Part shown: positions 37,347 through 51,719 of the stretch, one piece after another
How positions within the stretch are numbered: the stretch's first letter is position 1
How the letters are laid out: each line of letters opens with the position of its first letter
Assembly: GCF_006345805.1 (NCBI RefSeq)
Contig: NC_043015.1
Location: 14,322,001-14,386,000 of the forward strand
DNA length: 64,000 nt
Origin: Octopus sinensis
Taxonomy: Eukaryota
Direction of reading: 5' to 3'
The notes under the pieces: generated by a model
Told to the model about the DNA's origin: nothing
Databases searched by the model: none
Seen by the model: the letters and a program-made list of their open reading frames with translations, nothing else
Made by a program: the position numbers and the translations under genes

Positions 37347-38426
37347 TATGTATGTAGATATGTTTGTATATATGTATGCATGCATATAATATGAGATGTT
37401 ATTGTGCAGGGAGTGTTTACTTGGTATTAAGCAAACTTCTCCTCCACAATGTAAGTACAAATATTGCATTGTATAATAACACATAAAGCTATTTGCTTTT
37501 ATTCAAATAACTGTATTTTTTTTTTCTTTCATGCCTTCTTTAATAATCTATTCCTTTATAATTAACACACACACGAAATAGCCAGTTGATTTTGAATTTA
37601 TATGTGCTACTGGTTTAGAAAACATTTGAGCAAATGGCCAGAATCAGAGATCCCAAGTGATATATATATAGTTAAGGGAAGAAAAAGAAAACACTGACTA
37701 TATTGTCTGTCACACATTTTGATACCTTTCTCTGGTCCTGGCTGCCTTCAGTAAAGACCACTCTACTGCAAGCATTCATTCAGACCAGGTTCTCCTCCTA
37801 CTATATATGGAGAGCACAAAAAGAGTTAGGAGCACTCCTTTACCTCTTTTTGACTAAGCCATAAAGAAAAAGGAAAGTTCAGATCATTACAAGAATAATG
37901 AAGTAGCATTACTATGGTATGCGTGATTCACATTGTTTCAGATTGATTATTAGAAGTGTACACAGGAATAGTATGAGCCTGACATACAAAATCTATATAT
38001 AATCATCATCATCATCATCATCGTTTAACGCCCGTTTTCCATGCTAGCATGGGTTGGACAGTTCGACCAGGGTCTGGGAAGCCAGGAGGCTGCACCAGGC
38101 TCCAGGCTGATCTGGCAGTGTTTCTACAGCTGGATGCCCTTCCTAACACCAACCACTCTGTGAGTGTAGTGGGTGTCTTTTACATGCCACCAGCACAGGG
38201 GCCAGAGGAGGCTGGCAAATGGTCATAATCAGTTGGTGCTTTTTACATGTCACCAAGAAGTATTTTTGGTCACGGACAAGTGAATTTTGGAAGAGGTGCC
38301 TTGCAAGTCTACCAGCACTGTAGAAAATGAAGGAGTGTATATTTTAGATTTGTTTAGCTTCATTTTGAAAAATAAAAGTAGTATAAAAAAAGCCACATTA
38401 TTTATGGGATGACCCAATATGTATGC

Positions 38427-38460
<34 letters not shown>

Positions 38461-38843
38461 ATGTGTATATTGTTGTATTTTGGGACGGTCATTATTTTTT
38501 CCCTCAATATTTTTTTAGCACAATATATTCATTCTTCACTCACTTATTACTGTTCTTATTTTAACTCAAGTCCATTTTTCCGTAAATCTTTCGTCTCACA
38601 TCTGTGATCTCTTCAGTGACATTTTCCGTCCTATTGTGTGCTTCTGCTCTGCTTAGTCCAGTAATAAACAAGTGAAGGACAAATATATAGTGCGTGTGTT
38701 TATTTGGCAAAAAAAAATTTTTAAATGACCATCCCAAAATACAACAATATCTGTTTCAACACATGGTTTCACATCAGGAATCTTGCAACACAAATTCGTA
38801 AACATGTATATATACATATACATGTTTATGTATACACACACAC

Positions 38844-38889
<46 letters not shown>

Positions 38890-38892
<3 letters not shown>

Positions 38893-39180
38893 CTCAGTCG
38901 AAGTCGACTCTCGGTCACTCATTGGATCAGTGTCCTCCAGTCAGTTCTATCCTGGGCCGCTTCCTTCAGATTGGCCATGTCCATTCCGGTATCACTCCTG
39001 ATGGTGTCAAGCCAGCGGGTTCTTGGTCAGCCTCTTCCTCTCTTGCCACTGACCATTCTGAGCATGATGTCCTTCTCCAGGGATTTTCTCCGCATAATAT
39101 GACCGAAATATGCCAATCTACACTTGGTGATCCCAGCTTCTAGCGACATTTTCGGCCTTATCTGCTTAAGAACTTCTCCA
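38890..39180 (-). pseudogene. 3' fragment of a different RTE-clade LINE
   Basis: Minus strand reads YFGHIMRRKSLEKDIMLRMVSGKRKRG*PRTRWLDTI, and the tail ends in cgacttcgac. Confidence 0.75.
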
Positions 39181-39549
39181 TGCTGTTTTTAGTTTTCATC
39201 TACCAAGTCCATTGACGAGGCTTTTGTCAAACTAGAGTTTTAGTAAAAGGCACTTGCCCAAGGTGCTACACAGTGGGACTGAATCCAAAACCAAGTCATT
39301 TGGAAGCAAACTTCTTTACCACAGAGCCACACCCACCACTTATATATAATATACATGTATATATATATGTGTGTGTGTGTTGCTATTAGTACTATTATTG
39401 CTCTGAATGCAGTAAAGGAAGACCCATCCATAGGTAAAAAGTTAAGATGAAACAATCACTAAAATCCTTACAATTTAATTTAACATCTTAGGCAAGTTAT
39501 TACCAAGATCGATCTGAGTGGCGTAAAATGCATCATGATGCATCTAAAC

Positions 39550-39821
39550 CAGGGGTTCCCAACTAGAGTCCACAGAAGCTTTAAGGAAGTGCACGAGTAA
39601 AAAATTGTAGTTTGTGTGTCCATATATAAATTTTTATTGTATTTATTGAAATTTTCAAGATTTGCATTTGGAATTTGTTATGAATTTAACAAAATAGTTT
39701 CATTGTTAGTTTTTACCAACCTACAAACATATATTTTATTTCAGAAATTTACATATGCATATATGGTGTCCACTGATAAGCTCTAAGGGTTCCACAAGCA
39801 AAATAAGATTGGGAACCCCTG
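39550..39821. mobile_element. hAT (Charlie-like) MITE
   Basis: TIRs caggggttcccaa/ttgggaacccctg with a perfect 8-bp TSD ATCTAAAC (39542-39549 and 39822-39829). Confidence 0.92.
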
Positions 39822-40095
39822 ATCTAAACAATGAGTTGAAGAAACAAAACAAGGAAAGAGTTATATCCTGTGGTCAACAGACACATTTAAACCAATCCCA
39901 AGCAAAATCAAAACCTTCACTGTCCCCATTGTGACTTTATAACAAAATCTATACCTGAACACAAATTACATTCGTGCATCTATAGCAAATAGATGCAGCT
40001 TCTTATATTTTCAATTCTTTTTTCTTTTTAATCCTTTCCTTCAAATGCTTATACATAGAAATCAATGGGAATGATCAACATTAATATTATTATTG

Positions 40096-41698
40096 AGTGA
40101 GAGAGCAGTGCATGACATCAAAGTGACACTGGGGTAAAATATACGAAGCCCAGTATACCATTCATGACTATCCGTCTGATAAGGGTACACCAGGCACAGG
40201 CATCACAACCATCACAACCATATGTGCGCGACATGCTGATCTCATATCAAGATAAACAGTGCATGACCTTGCAGGTGGGGCCCAGTTAGAATTTTCTTCT
40301 GGTTGAGTAGCCCATCCCACTCAAAAGGTCCCTGAATAAGGATTGTTTAAGGATGTTGAATGAATCACCCATATTTTCAAAGGTGAATTATCCAAACCTT
40401 CAAGAATTCCCTTCAACACATGGTTATGATGCTCCCCCACTACTTCTGCTCGTGGTCAGAGATGCACATATCGTCAGCCACTAAGGGACATGGTCAACTG
40501 GTTAAGGTCAAATAACTGACAAGCAAATCTGTGGTATTGAGCAGAATATTTGCTGTAGCCTATCTTTTATACCAAGACAAAACAATGTACATGATAACAC
40601 TTCCAATCAGTTAAGATCAGAAGCCATGAGAGCCACTGCCTGGTACTGCATCAGGGCATATTATTATTATTATCATTATTATCATTATTATTATTATTAT
40701 TATTCAGTGAGAGAGCAGTGCATGCCATCAAAGTGACACTGGGGTAAAATATACGAAGCCCAGTATACCATTCATGACTATCCGTCTGATAAGGGTACAC
40801 CAGACACAGGCATCACAACCATATGTACGCGACATGCTGATCTCATATCAAGATAAACAGTGCATGCCCTTGCAGGTGGGGCCCAGTTAGAATTTTCGGA
40901 TCTTTTCCTTTTGAACGGCAGTTTGTAACATAATTTCTAGGTAACTAAAAAATTTTAAACTTCGTATACTGGTAGAATGTGTTTATAAAACATCATTTTC
41001 TCTTGGCTTTATTGAGAAAATTCTATAGGTTGTAACATATTTCGTCTTTAATTTCTTGCATTTCAGCAATTTTAACCAATCACTGGTGTCCATTTAGGTA
41101 AATAACATTCTGTGCCGCATGAATATGTTCCTCCTTTAAGAAACAGATTGGGTTTATCTACATTTGTGAAGGAAAAAAGATACCTTTCCCCCACCCCTAA
41201 CCCTAACTCTAACCCTAAATCTAAAATAGATTGAAATGCAATAGATCGATACTAGGGTTATAATTATGGGTGACATTTTCATACGACACTGCTAAGTTTT
41301 TTATAGTTGTTACAAACTGCCGTTCAAAAGGAAAAGATCCAAATTTTCTTCTGGTCAAGTAGCCCCACCCGCTCAAAAGGTCTCTGAATAAGGATTGTTT
41401 AAGGATGTTGAATGAACCACCCATATTTTCAAAGGTGAATTATCCAAACCTCCAAGAATTCCTTTCAACACACGGCTATGATGCTCCCCCACTACTTCTG
41501 CTCGTGGTCAGAGATGCACATATCGTCAGCCACTAAGGGACATGCTCAACTGGTTAAGGTCAAACAACTGACAAGCAAATCTGTGGTATTGAGTAGAATA
41601 TTTCCTGTAGCCCATCTTTTACACCAAGACAAAACAATGTACATGATAACACTTCCAATCAGTTAAGATCAGAAGCCATGAGAGCCACATCTGGTACT
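40096..41698 (-). repeat. Two tandem copies of a ~560-bp retroposon-like element between (TAA)n tracts
   Basis: 40096-40658 and 40706-41698 are near-identical apart from the MITE inserted in the second copy. Orientation is inferred from the (AAT)n tail. Confidence 0.8.
40898..41340. mobile_element. MITE with perfect 33-bp TIRs and an 8-bp TSD (Merlin-like)
   Basis: ggatcttttccttttgaacggcagtttgtaaca at both ends, inverted. TSD gaattttc/aaattttc. The empty site is visible in the neighbouring copy at ~40289. Confidence 0.9.
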
Positions 41699-42617
41699 TA
41701 TCATTATTATGATTATTATTATTATTATTATCATCATCATCATTATAATTATTATTATTGGGAGTTTTTCATTGTTAAATATTTTCGTTGTTATACTGTT
41801 TTTTACACGGATTTTTCGTCCTGTGTTTTGTCCCTTTATGTTATAATTAACTTTTGTCAGCCCTTGTAGCCAATAAAAGAATTAATAATTATTATTATTA
41901 TTATTATTATTGTTGTTGTTATCATTATTATTAATTATTTTTATTTGACAATGCCACATAAAAGCACCCATTACACTCTGTAAAGTGGTTGGCATTAGGA
42001 ATGGCATCCAGCCATAGACACCATGCCAAAACAGACAACTGGGGCTTGGTGTAGCCCTCCTGCTTGCCAGCTCTTGTTAAACCATCCAACCCATGCCAGC
42101 ATGGAAAACAGACATTAAATGATGATGATGATATCCTTGTTTGTAAGAACCAGGTTTTCACACACTAAATAAAGGACTCAATAAAAGAAACAAAGTTAAT
42201 TGTTTAAGTTTAAAAGTGACTAGCTTATTTATAACTCTTTCTATTATAATTCTTTCCAAAGATTTTAAAGAAAATTTTTGTGATGACTGGATATATATTT
42301 TCTTTTAGATCACAAAGAAAGTAAAAAGGAAAGCCGAAAATAAGAATAGATGAAAGGAAGGAAAAAGCACATAAAAAAATTATAAATATAGAAGCTACTC
42401 ATAAAGAAACTTCAGATATATATATATATATATATATATTAATAGTAATGGTAAGACAACAAAAGAATGAAAGAGACCTTGGTATTATGTAAATAGAGGA
42501 ATTCATACATACTATACCTACAGATATATATATATGTATATATATATACATACTATACCTACAGATATGTGTGTGGGGGTGTGTGGGTGTGTATGTGTGT
42601 GTGTATGATATGTATGT

Positions 42618-43259
42618 ATGATAGTTGTGTGAAAAAGTGCCACACCCTAGCGGTTGAGGGAACCTGTAGAAGAGGCAGACCCAGGAAAACCTGGGACGTG
42701 GTGGTGAAGCACGACCTTCGAACTTTAGGTCTCACTGAGGAAATGACTAGAGACTGAGACCTCTGGAAGTGTGCTGTGCGCGAGAAGACCCGGCAGGACA
42801 AGTGAGACCATAACCCGTGGCCTTCTACATGGGATGGAGCCAGCCTACGTATGCATACCTTCCCCTCTTGGGACACAAAACTCTACTTGTGAAGACCTGT
42901 TGAGGCAAGTGAGGATCAGAATCGAAATCAATCAATGGAAATTGCAGATGTGTTACCAGTGCCGGTGGCATGTAAGAGAACCATCCGTTCATGACCGTTG
43001 CCAGCGCTGCCCCGACTGGCCTCGTGCCGGTGGCACATAAAAAGCACCATCTGTTCGTGGCTGTTTGCCAGCTCTGTCTGGCACCTGTGCAGGTGGCACG
43101 TAAAAAGCACCCACTACACTCACGGAGTGGTTGGCGTTAGGAAGGGCATCCAGCCGTAGAAACACTGCCAGATCTGACTGGGCCTGATGAAGCCTTCCGG
43201 CTTTACAGACCCCAGTTGAACCGTCCAACCCATGCTATCATGGAAAACGGACGCTAAAC

Positions 43260-43292
<33 letters not shown>
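42618..43292 (+). mobile_element. 5'-truncated RTE copy (related subfamily)
   Basis: CVKKCHTLAVEGTCRRGRPRKTWD, followed by 3' UTR units and a (GAT)n tail. Confidence 0.85.
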
Positions 43293-43293
<1 letters not shown>

Positions 43294-43677
43294 TATCTAT
43301 TAATATTTGGGGGGGGGTTATATATAAAGGAAACAATTTTAAAGAGGTGCAAGTGTGACTGTATGATAAAATGCTTGATTCTCAACCACATGGTTCCAGG
43401 TTCAATTCGACAAGTAGCACCTTCTGAGTGGATTTGGTAGACAGAAACTGAGAGAAGCCTGTCCTATGTGTATCTGCCTCCAACTACCACTTGACAAGTG
43501 GTGCTAGTGTGTTTACATCCCTGTAACTTAGCACTTTGGCAAAAGAGACCAACAGAATACTCGAGATGAATTCAAAATACACCACAATCCGATGATAACT
43601 TAGCTGGTCAAAATTCAAAGTCACTATTAATACTAAATACTATTTTTGTTAAAGAATAACAAATATATATATATATT

Positions 43678-43756
<79 letters not shown>

Positions 43757-44257
43757 ATATATATATATATATATTCTTTCTTTTCTTTTCTTTTACTTAT
43801 TTCAGTCATTTGACTGTGGCCATGCTGGAGCACCGCCTTTAGTCAAGCAAATCGACCCTGGGACTTATTCTTTGTAAGCCTAGTACTTATTCTATCAGTC
43901 TCTTTTGCCGAACTGCTAAGTTACGGGGACATAAACACACCAGCATCGGTTGTCAAGCAATGCTAGGGGGACAAACACAGACACACAAACATATACATAC
44001 ACATACATATATATATACACATATACAACAGGCTTCTTTCAGTTTCTGTCTACCAAATCCACTCACAAGGCATTGGTCAGCCCGAGGCTATAGCAGAAGA
44101 TGCCATGCAGTGGGACTGAACCCGGAACCATGTGGTTGGTAAGCAAGCTACTTATCCTTCCCTTCTTTCCTGAGCGTCAATAATACTTTAATTGTTCCAC
44201 GTCCTGCGTTGCTGTGTTTTTTTCTCTTTTTTTCTCTGTTTTCTTGTTTGGATTAAC

Positions 44258-44336
<79 letters not shown>

Positions 44337-45461
44337 TGAAGCTAGTATGCTCTGATAGACGGTGCAACATCAGTGTGCATGAACGACACAGTGCAATATG
44401 TTGAGGGAAAAATTAGTTCTAAGAGGAAACAGACATAGCATGAAGACAGCTGCACAAAGAACTGTCAATCACTTACAATGGAAAAGGGAGATCCAGGAAG
44501 ATACGGGGTGAAATAGTGAGCACCAATCTCAAAATTTTGAGCCTCAAAGAGATGACAATGGACCAAGATGTCTAGTGATATGAGGTTTTTGGGAAGACAT
44601 ATTCACCTCAGATGAACTGAGTTCTGAGTGGATTGTGTATTATGTGCTCTCCATTCACCTGTAACATTAATTCACACACTCTACTGCATGCATTGAACTA
44701 AACTATATCTCTTCATGCATTGTACTTGTCTCCCCAACACTCACCCAGCTCCTACAACCCAATGCTGCTCTCTTTCTCCCCTCACCCCACTCATTCTGGC
44801 TATATCATTGCTATCCTGTTGCTGTGTTCGTTACTCACTGCATTCTCCTTCCCCTTCCCTACTTTGCACTCTTGTGAACTTTCTGCTCATTTACCCTATC
44901 CAATTCTCTTTTCCACTCCACTGACATTCACCTCCTTGTACTTTGAAGGTATGCCCTGGAAATTCAACAACTTCTTTCTCTCTCTCCCCAAATGGGATAG
45001 CAATGTATCCCCTCTACAGTAAGACACCTGTTTCTGCCCCTCTATCAGTTTAACCTCTCATCACCTAGTACAATGCCACCTCCCACAATACCCCTCTCCC
45101 TCTCATTTGAGGGATTTTCTTTTGTCTTGCAAGTTACTTGGTGACCTCACCAGTGCTGGTGCCATGCAAAAAGCACTCAATACACTCTGTAAAGTAAGGA
45201 AGGGAATTAAACCATAGAAACCATGCCAAAACTGACAGGAGAGTCTGGTGCAATTCCCTGGCTTGCCAGCTCCTGTCAAATCTTCCAACCCATGCCAGCA
45301 TGGAAAATGAATGTTAAATGATGATAATGATGATGATGATGATGATGATGATGATATATGCATATGTATACTTTTACACATACATAGAGAAATTTACATA
45401 CAAACACATGCATATATACACACACACATACTTACATATACACACATATATTACACACACA

Positions 45462-45673
45462 CAGAGTGGGCCTAAAGGTACGCACCAAAACAATTGACAT
45501 TTTATTTACATTACATTATTATCATTATTATTCATTTTGTTCATCATGTACCTGTACACGTGTATTCATCATTATTTTATTTATTTCATTGAATTTTAGA
45601 AAAACTGAAGTACGTGTTCAACAATTCCAGAGCATATTGAGCTTATTTTGTGCATGCCTTTTGGCCCACCTTG
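45462..45673. mobile_element. Possible small Tc1/mariner-type MITE
   Basis: Imperfect terminal inversion cagagtgggcctaaaggtacgcac / gtgcatgccttttggcccaccttg. Confidence 0.45.
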
Positions 45674-46744
45674 TGGTACTAATAAAATACTAACAAAATA
45701 CAGAAAACATATATCGTATTTTATGCTTCATAAAACATAAAAAATCATTGAGGTAAATAACAGCCAGGGTTACATAATGACTGAAACCTTATATTATCTT
45801 GTTAAATCAACTCAGTATATATATATACCCATTATGCAAATTATCAACATCATAAGTAGCACATGCAGTAGGAGATAAACAACCAGATCACAGAGATTCA
45901 AGGCCATGTTTTCTCCCACATGAAGGTGGGCAATACACACACACATTCCAATTTGATTATGTAGTTCATATTCTGCACACTAGCCTATCCAGTGGTTTGA
46001 TGTCCCATATCATACCCCACTGTATGTATATCATACACTAGCATATATATTATGGTACCAACTATTGAGCATGGACTTTTGCTACAAGTCACACTTCACT
46101 GTTCAATCATCATCATCAGCTTCATTTCACATTCATGCTCCATGTTGGCAAGGGTCAGACGGTTTGACAAGGACCTGATGAGTTGAAGGATCGCATTATG
46201 CTCCATTGTCTTCTTTGGCATGTTTTCTACAGCTGAGTACCTATCTTATTGCCAACCACTTCACAGGTGTGTACTGAGGGCATTTTTTGTGCCACTGGCC
46301 CTATTGAGATCCCTTTGTGGCTTGCAAGTCAACTAACACAGTGGGGTAAGGTGCTGCATCCATATGTTATATGGGGGTTAAGGTACGAGGGAAGAGAGTG
46401 AGGTAGAGCAGGTCCATATTGTAGAAGAGCCACACAGCTAGTCTCATTTAGGAGAGAGAGAATGAATTAGAGGTATCTTCAAGAAGATGGACAGTAATCC
46501 AGATGGCATCTTGGGTAGCTGGAGCAGTAGTTTGTGGGGCTATGAGGGTTTGCAAGAATGTATCCAGGAGGAGATAAGGAAAGTAGAAGAGGTAGACAAC
46601 ATCTGTAAAGATCGGAGGATGATTGATATATATGTAGTGATATCTTACTTCATGTGTGAATACTCAAATGTTTTTGCTTATATATATTATATGCATATAT
46701 TTACACACACACAGAAACAAAGTACATGTTCATATAGATATATA

Positions 46745-47588
46745 CAGGGTGCAATGGGTAAATTGTCACTAATTTATATTTTTAATTTCATGCATGCGCA
46801 TTACTTGTTTTTCATTTTGTCAACTGCACAGTATAGTAGGGTCAGTTGGACACTGTCAATAAGAAAAACTGCACCAAGACACAATTCACTCTGCCAGAAA
46901 TTTAGAAACAACATGCCGTACTGCTTGGCATTCATGCTGAAAGCTCCAATACAAACATTTCAGAGTGCTTGGGTGTCAATCTGAGGACATGTACCAAGAG
47001 TGATAAAAACCAAACATCCAGTCAACATCATGGTGTTTGGAGTGATCACTAGTGATGGCAATGTTATGCCACCATTCATCTTCCTACACAGCCTCAGACT
47101 CAACACAGAGGCCTACATCAAGCACCTGGAGGAGGTAGTGCAGCCCTGGATCAAGAGGGTGGTTGCTGGAAGATTGATATATATATATGTAGTGATATCT
47201 TACTTCATGTGTGAACACTCAACAGGACTCTGCACCATGCTACACAAGCAGGAGAACGCAGCCATGGCTGTTGGACAATTTCTGCAACCCCCTTGATTAT
47301 TATGTGTGGAGCACAGTTGAAGGAGAGACAAACAAAACTCTTTGTAACACCAAAGATGAACTGAAGGGAAGAATTATGGCAGCATTCACCAATTTAAACA
47401 AGGAGACTTCCCAGAAGAGTTATCTGGAGGCCAAGGTTAAGACCATTGGCGATTTTACTGAATAAATTTACACTTTAGTATTTCAAGATATTTTTACATA
47501 ATTTTGGTAAAAATAACTGTTAAAATGAGATATCAATGTTGTTTCTATTTTTGTGTAATTTAGATGATAGTTTATTCACTGCACTCAG
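46745..47588 (+). mobile_element. maT/DD37D-like transposon deletion derivative
   Basis: TA-flanked cagggtgca.../...tgcactcag termini; motifs KTKHPVNIMVFGVITSDG, QQDSAPCYTS and PLDYYVWS. Confidence 0.8.
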
Positions 47589-47707
47589 TATATGCATATA
47601 TATATATAAATACATATATATATACATACATATATATACATGCATGCATACATACATACATACATATATATACATGCATACATACATAAATACACACATA
47701 TATATAT

Positions 47708-50460
47708 AGCGGGACGCAGGGTTGATCTTAAATACAAAGACCCTCCCAGGTGAAGAATGTACTCCACAGCATAGGCTAGTCATTAGAGACTTTAGGCTCG
47801 AGGCCAGAAGGATACTTAGAAGCAGACCAACCCAGAAAAGAAGGATTTGGAAGATAAAGAACCCTTCACACAGTCAGAGATTTAGGGACATCCTCATCAA
47901 GAAATTTGATGAGAGGGAGGAGGAGTTACAGACGTCGGACATAGAAGGTAGCTGGAAATTCCTACGGGACAGCTTGCTGAGTGCCACAGACCAAGTCTGT
48001 GGATGGTGCAAAGTCCCTTCCAGACCCAGAGTTACATGGTGGTGGAATAGAACGGTAGACAAAGCCGTTAGGGGAAAGAAACAAGCCTGGAAAGCCTGGA
48101 AGGATGGTGGTTGCAGGGAACGGTACCAGGTAGCCAAAAGGGAGGCTGAGAGGCAGGTATACTTAGCCAAGAGTGAAGCAGAAAAGGAGTTTGCTAATGT
48201 CCAGCAATGTGAGGACCAAAGAACTGAGGTATTTTGGCTTGCAAGACAGTGTGGGAGAGAAAACTGTGATGTCATAGGAGAGAAATGTGTCCGCATGGAT
48301 GATGGTGCACTTGCTTTTAGTGATTCTGAAAAGAAAAAGGCTTGGAGAAGCCATTATGAAAGACTGCTGAATGTGGAGAATGAATGGGAGGAGGAGAGCC
48401 TTCCAAATGTTGACCCAGTAGAGGGACCAGCTATCCAAATAGAGAGCTCCCTAGTAGTTAAAGCAATTAAGGGTATGAAGCCAGGAATAGCCCCTGGCTC
48501 ATCAGGAATCACTGCTGAGATGCTTAAAACAGCTGGTTGTGTGGGCAATGGCCTAGTCACCCGCATTGTAAACCACGTAGTTCATAATGGAGTCATACCC
48601 AATGACTGGCGTAGCAGCACCATAGTTAACTGCTACAAGGGTAAAGGTGATGCTCTAGACAGGAATAAATACAGGGGTGTTAAACTGCTGGATTAGGTGA
48701 TGAAGGTCACAGAGAGGGTCATAGTCCATCTCATTAGTGAGAGAGTCTGCTTAGATGAGATGCAGTTTGGTTTTGTTCCGGGTAGAAGCACCACTGATGC
48801 CATATTCCTGGTTCGACAACTGCAGGAGAAATACCTAGCTAAAGATAAACCCCTCTACTTAGCTTTTGCGGACTTGGAGAAAGCCTTTGACAGGGTCCCC
48901 TGATCCCTTATCTGGTGGGCAATGCAGAAACTGGAGATTGATGAATGGTTGATAAGGGCTGTACAGGCCCTATACAGATAGACCGTTAGTAAGGTTAGGA
49001 TTGGCAACAAGTATAGTGAAGAATTCCGGGTAGAAGTAGGGGTCCACTAAGGTTCAGCCTTTAGTCCCCTTCTATTCATCATAGTCCTCCAGGCAATAAC
49101 AGAGGAATTCAAGACAGGTTGCCCCTGGGAGTTCCTCTATGCTGATGACCTGGCCTTCATAGCAGAATCACTACCGGAACTAGAAAATAAATTTCGGGTG
49201 TGGAAACTAGGTTTAAAATCAAAGGGCCTTAGAGTAAATGTAGCAAAGACCAAAGTTATAGTAAGCAGAAAGGCGAACTCAGCACACACACCCTCGGGCA
49301 GGTGACCCTGCTCGATCTGTAGAAAAGGTGTAGGTAGAAACTCCATAAGATGTACCCAGTGTAAGCTAAGGACGCATAAGAGGTGCAACAACATCAAAGG
49401 GAAATTAACTGATAAGATAGCTTTCATGTGCGGCAGATGCACAGGGGCAATAGGCACCACAGATACTCAAAAAACAGATTCCATCACACTTCAGGGGAAG
49501 AAACTAGAAGTAGTTGATAGTTTCCGCTACCTAGGTGACCAAGTTAGTAGTGGAGGTGGATGCTCAGAGAGTGTCACCACTAGAATACGAATAGCCTGGG
49601 CAAAGTTTAGAAAGCTCCTACCCCTACTGGTGACAAAGGGTCTTTCGCTCAGAGTGACAGGTAGATTGTATGATGCATGTGTGCGAACTGACATGGTTCA
49701 CGGTAGTGAAACATGGACTGTAACTGCAGAGGACATGCATAGACTCGAAAGAAATGAAGCTAGCATGATCCGCTGGATGTGTAATGTCAATATGCACACA
49801 CGACAGATTGTAAGCCACTGAGAGAAATGCTGGACATAAGAAGTATCAGATGTGGTGTGCAAGAGAGACGTTTGCACTGGTATGGTCATGTACTGTGGAT
49901 GGATGAGGAGAGATGTGTGAAGAAGTGCCACACCCAAACAGTTGAAGGTATCAGGGGAAGAGGTAGACCCAGGAAGACATGGGATGAGTTAGTCAAGCAT
50001 GACCTTCGAACATTAGGCCTCACAAAGGCAATGACGAAATACCAAAACCTCTGGAGATATGCTGTGACTGCAAGGACCTGACAAATAATGTGAGTTCATG
50101 GCTGCTTCCTGCACCAGTTTCGCATAGCCCCAGCCCATCCAAAGTACCTTGTATTGCAGAATGACCTGCTGTGCTTACCTTGGATCGTAGGGTGAGGTGC
50201 TGTGCTTGAGGAGACCTACTGAGTCAAGTACATCAACATCAAAATAACTATCAAATGGAAATTGTAGTTAGGATATCTGTGCCGGTGGCACATAAAAGGC
50301 ACCCACTATACTCACTGGGTGGTTGGTACTAGGAAGGGCATCCAGCTGTAGAAACACTGCCAGATCAGACTGGAGCCTGGTGCAGCCTCCTGGCTTCCCA
50401 GACCTGGGTCGAACCATCCAACCCATGCTAACATGGAAAACGGACATTAAACGATGATGA

Positions 50461-50464
<4 letters not shown>
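47708..50464 (+). pseudogene. 5'-truncated, multiply interrupted second copy of the RTE LINE
   Basis: Colinear with ~2488-5600. Several in-frame stops (e.g. 48694-48696, 48901-48903). Retains YADD and the Cys-rich segment; (GAT)n tail followed by (TA)n. Confidence 0.95.
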
Positions 50465-50517
<53 letters not shown>

Positions 50518-50682
50518 AATAAGAAAATGGAGGAACAGATTCCTTTCAATCATCGATTTACAGATATTACCAATTCATATTATTTATTAACTACTGAAAT
50601 AGGAACATCCAAATCCAACTGGAATAAAACAATATACATCAATAAGTAAGATAATACTATAAAAATAATATACATAAAATGG

Positions 50683-50808
50683 ATCTTACAGCTGTTTCAG
50701 CCTGTAGATAAAGGTATCTCATTGTGCCTATATTAGTCAGATCTATTGAGGTAATATGCAGTTAAAAATGAGTTACTTATATATATATCTCAAGGCCTCG
50801 TCAGAGAT
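50683..50808 (-). ncRNA. Type I hammerhead with a long stem II
   Basis: atct-CTGACGA-ggcct...(~90 nt)...aggct-GAAA-cagctg-TA-agat. Canonical core, palindromic stem III ACAGCTGT, GUA triplet. Confidence 0.7.
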
Positions 50809-50928
50809 TATAAAGAAATTTTATAATTGTACTTTCTCTCTCTTTTATTATTATTCCAAATACCACCATCAACACTATTACTTTTAATTAAAGCATCATC
50901 AACTCTCCCTAAATTTTTTGTCTCTCTT

Positions 50929-50975
<47 letters not shown>

Positions 50976-51140
50976 GTCTTTGCCACCACCCTCATCATCT
51001 CTATGCCTACTATTACTCTCACTCCATCATGAGGAATAATTTGAGTGTCACTGACTAGTGAGAGACGGGGTGTAAGTGTGACACACTGATACATGGAAAT
51101 TAGTTTTTGCATTTATTCTATTAGATGTATATATATATAG

Positions 51141-51173
<33 letters not shown>

Positions 51174-51719
51174 TGTATGTATGTATGTATGTATGTATGC
51201 ATGTGTGTGTGTGTGTGTGTGTATGTAAGTATGTATGTATGCATGTATATATAAATATACATACACACACACACTCATACAGATATATATATACATGCTC
51301 ATCTGAATTCAAACACTAACATATAAACAAACAATAATCCTTCACACTAAATATGGATAAACCAGTTGCTGCTACCAAATAAAAATAAATCTTTTATGAA
51401 AGCAGTAAAATTACTCTTGCATCACTCCACCCACCTGATGAAACACTCCCTCCATAGAAACAAAAATATATATACAAAGCTCGATGAATAAAACTAAGTC
51501 AAAGTCAACTTTAACTTTATAAAAATATATAAATACCATACTGAAGGGAGTCCTTCAGTTTATGATGTTAAACTGCTTTTATATTTAATGTTACATAAAA
51601 ACAAACATCAATGAATGTATGCATGTATGGATAGACAGAAAGATAGATACACATACATATAAACATGCATAAATAGATAGAGACAGATAGACAGACAACC
51701 TGTGTGCTAGAGTGTTATC

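Noticed and set aside
36040-37484. Long ORFs (up to 387 aa) of Y/I/T/H/C/M/V
   Set aside because: They are translations of (TA)n/(TACA)n microsatellite. The same applies to ORFs near 15700, 29400, 51100, 53000 and 61000.
41195-41218. Telomere or chromosome fusion site
   Set aside because: There are only about four hexamers, and they lie inside a MITE.
51435-51465. CTGATGA...GAAA hammerhead candidate
   Set aside because: No convincing stems I-III.
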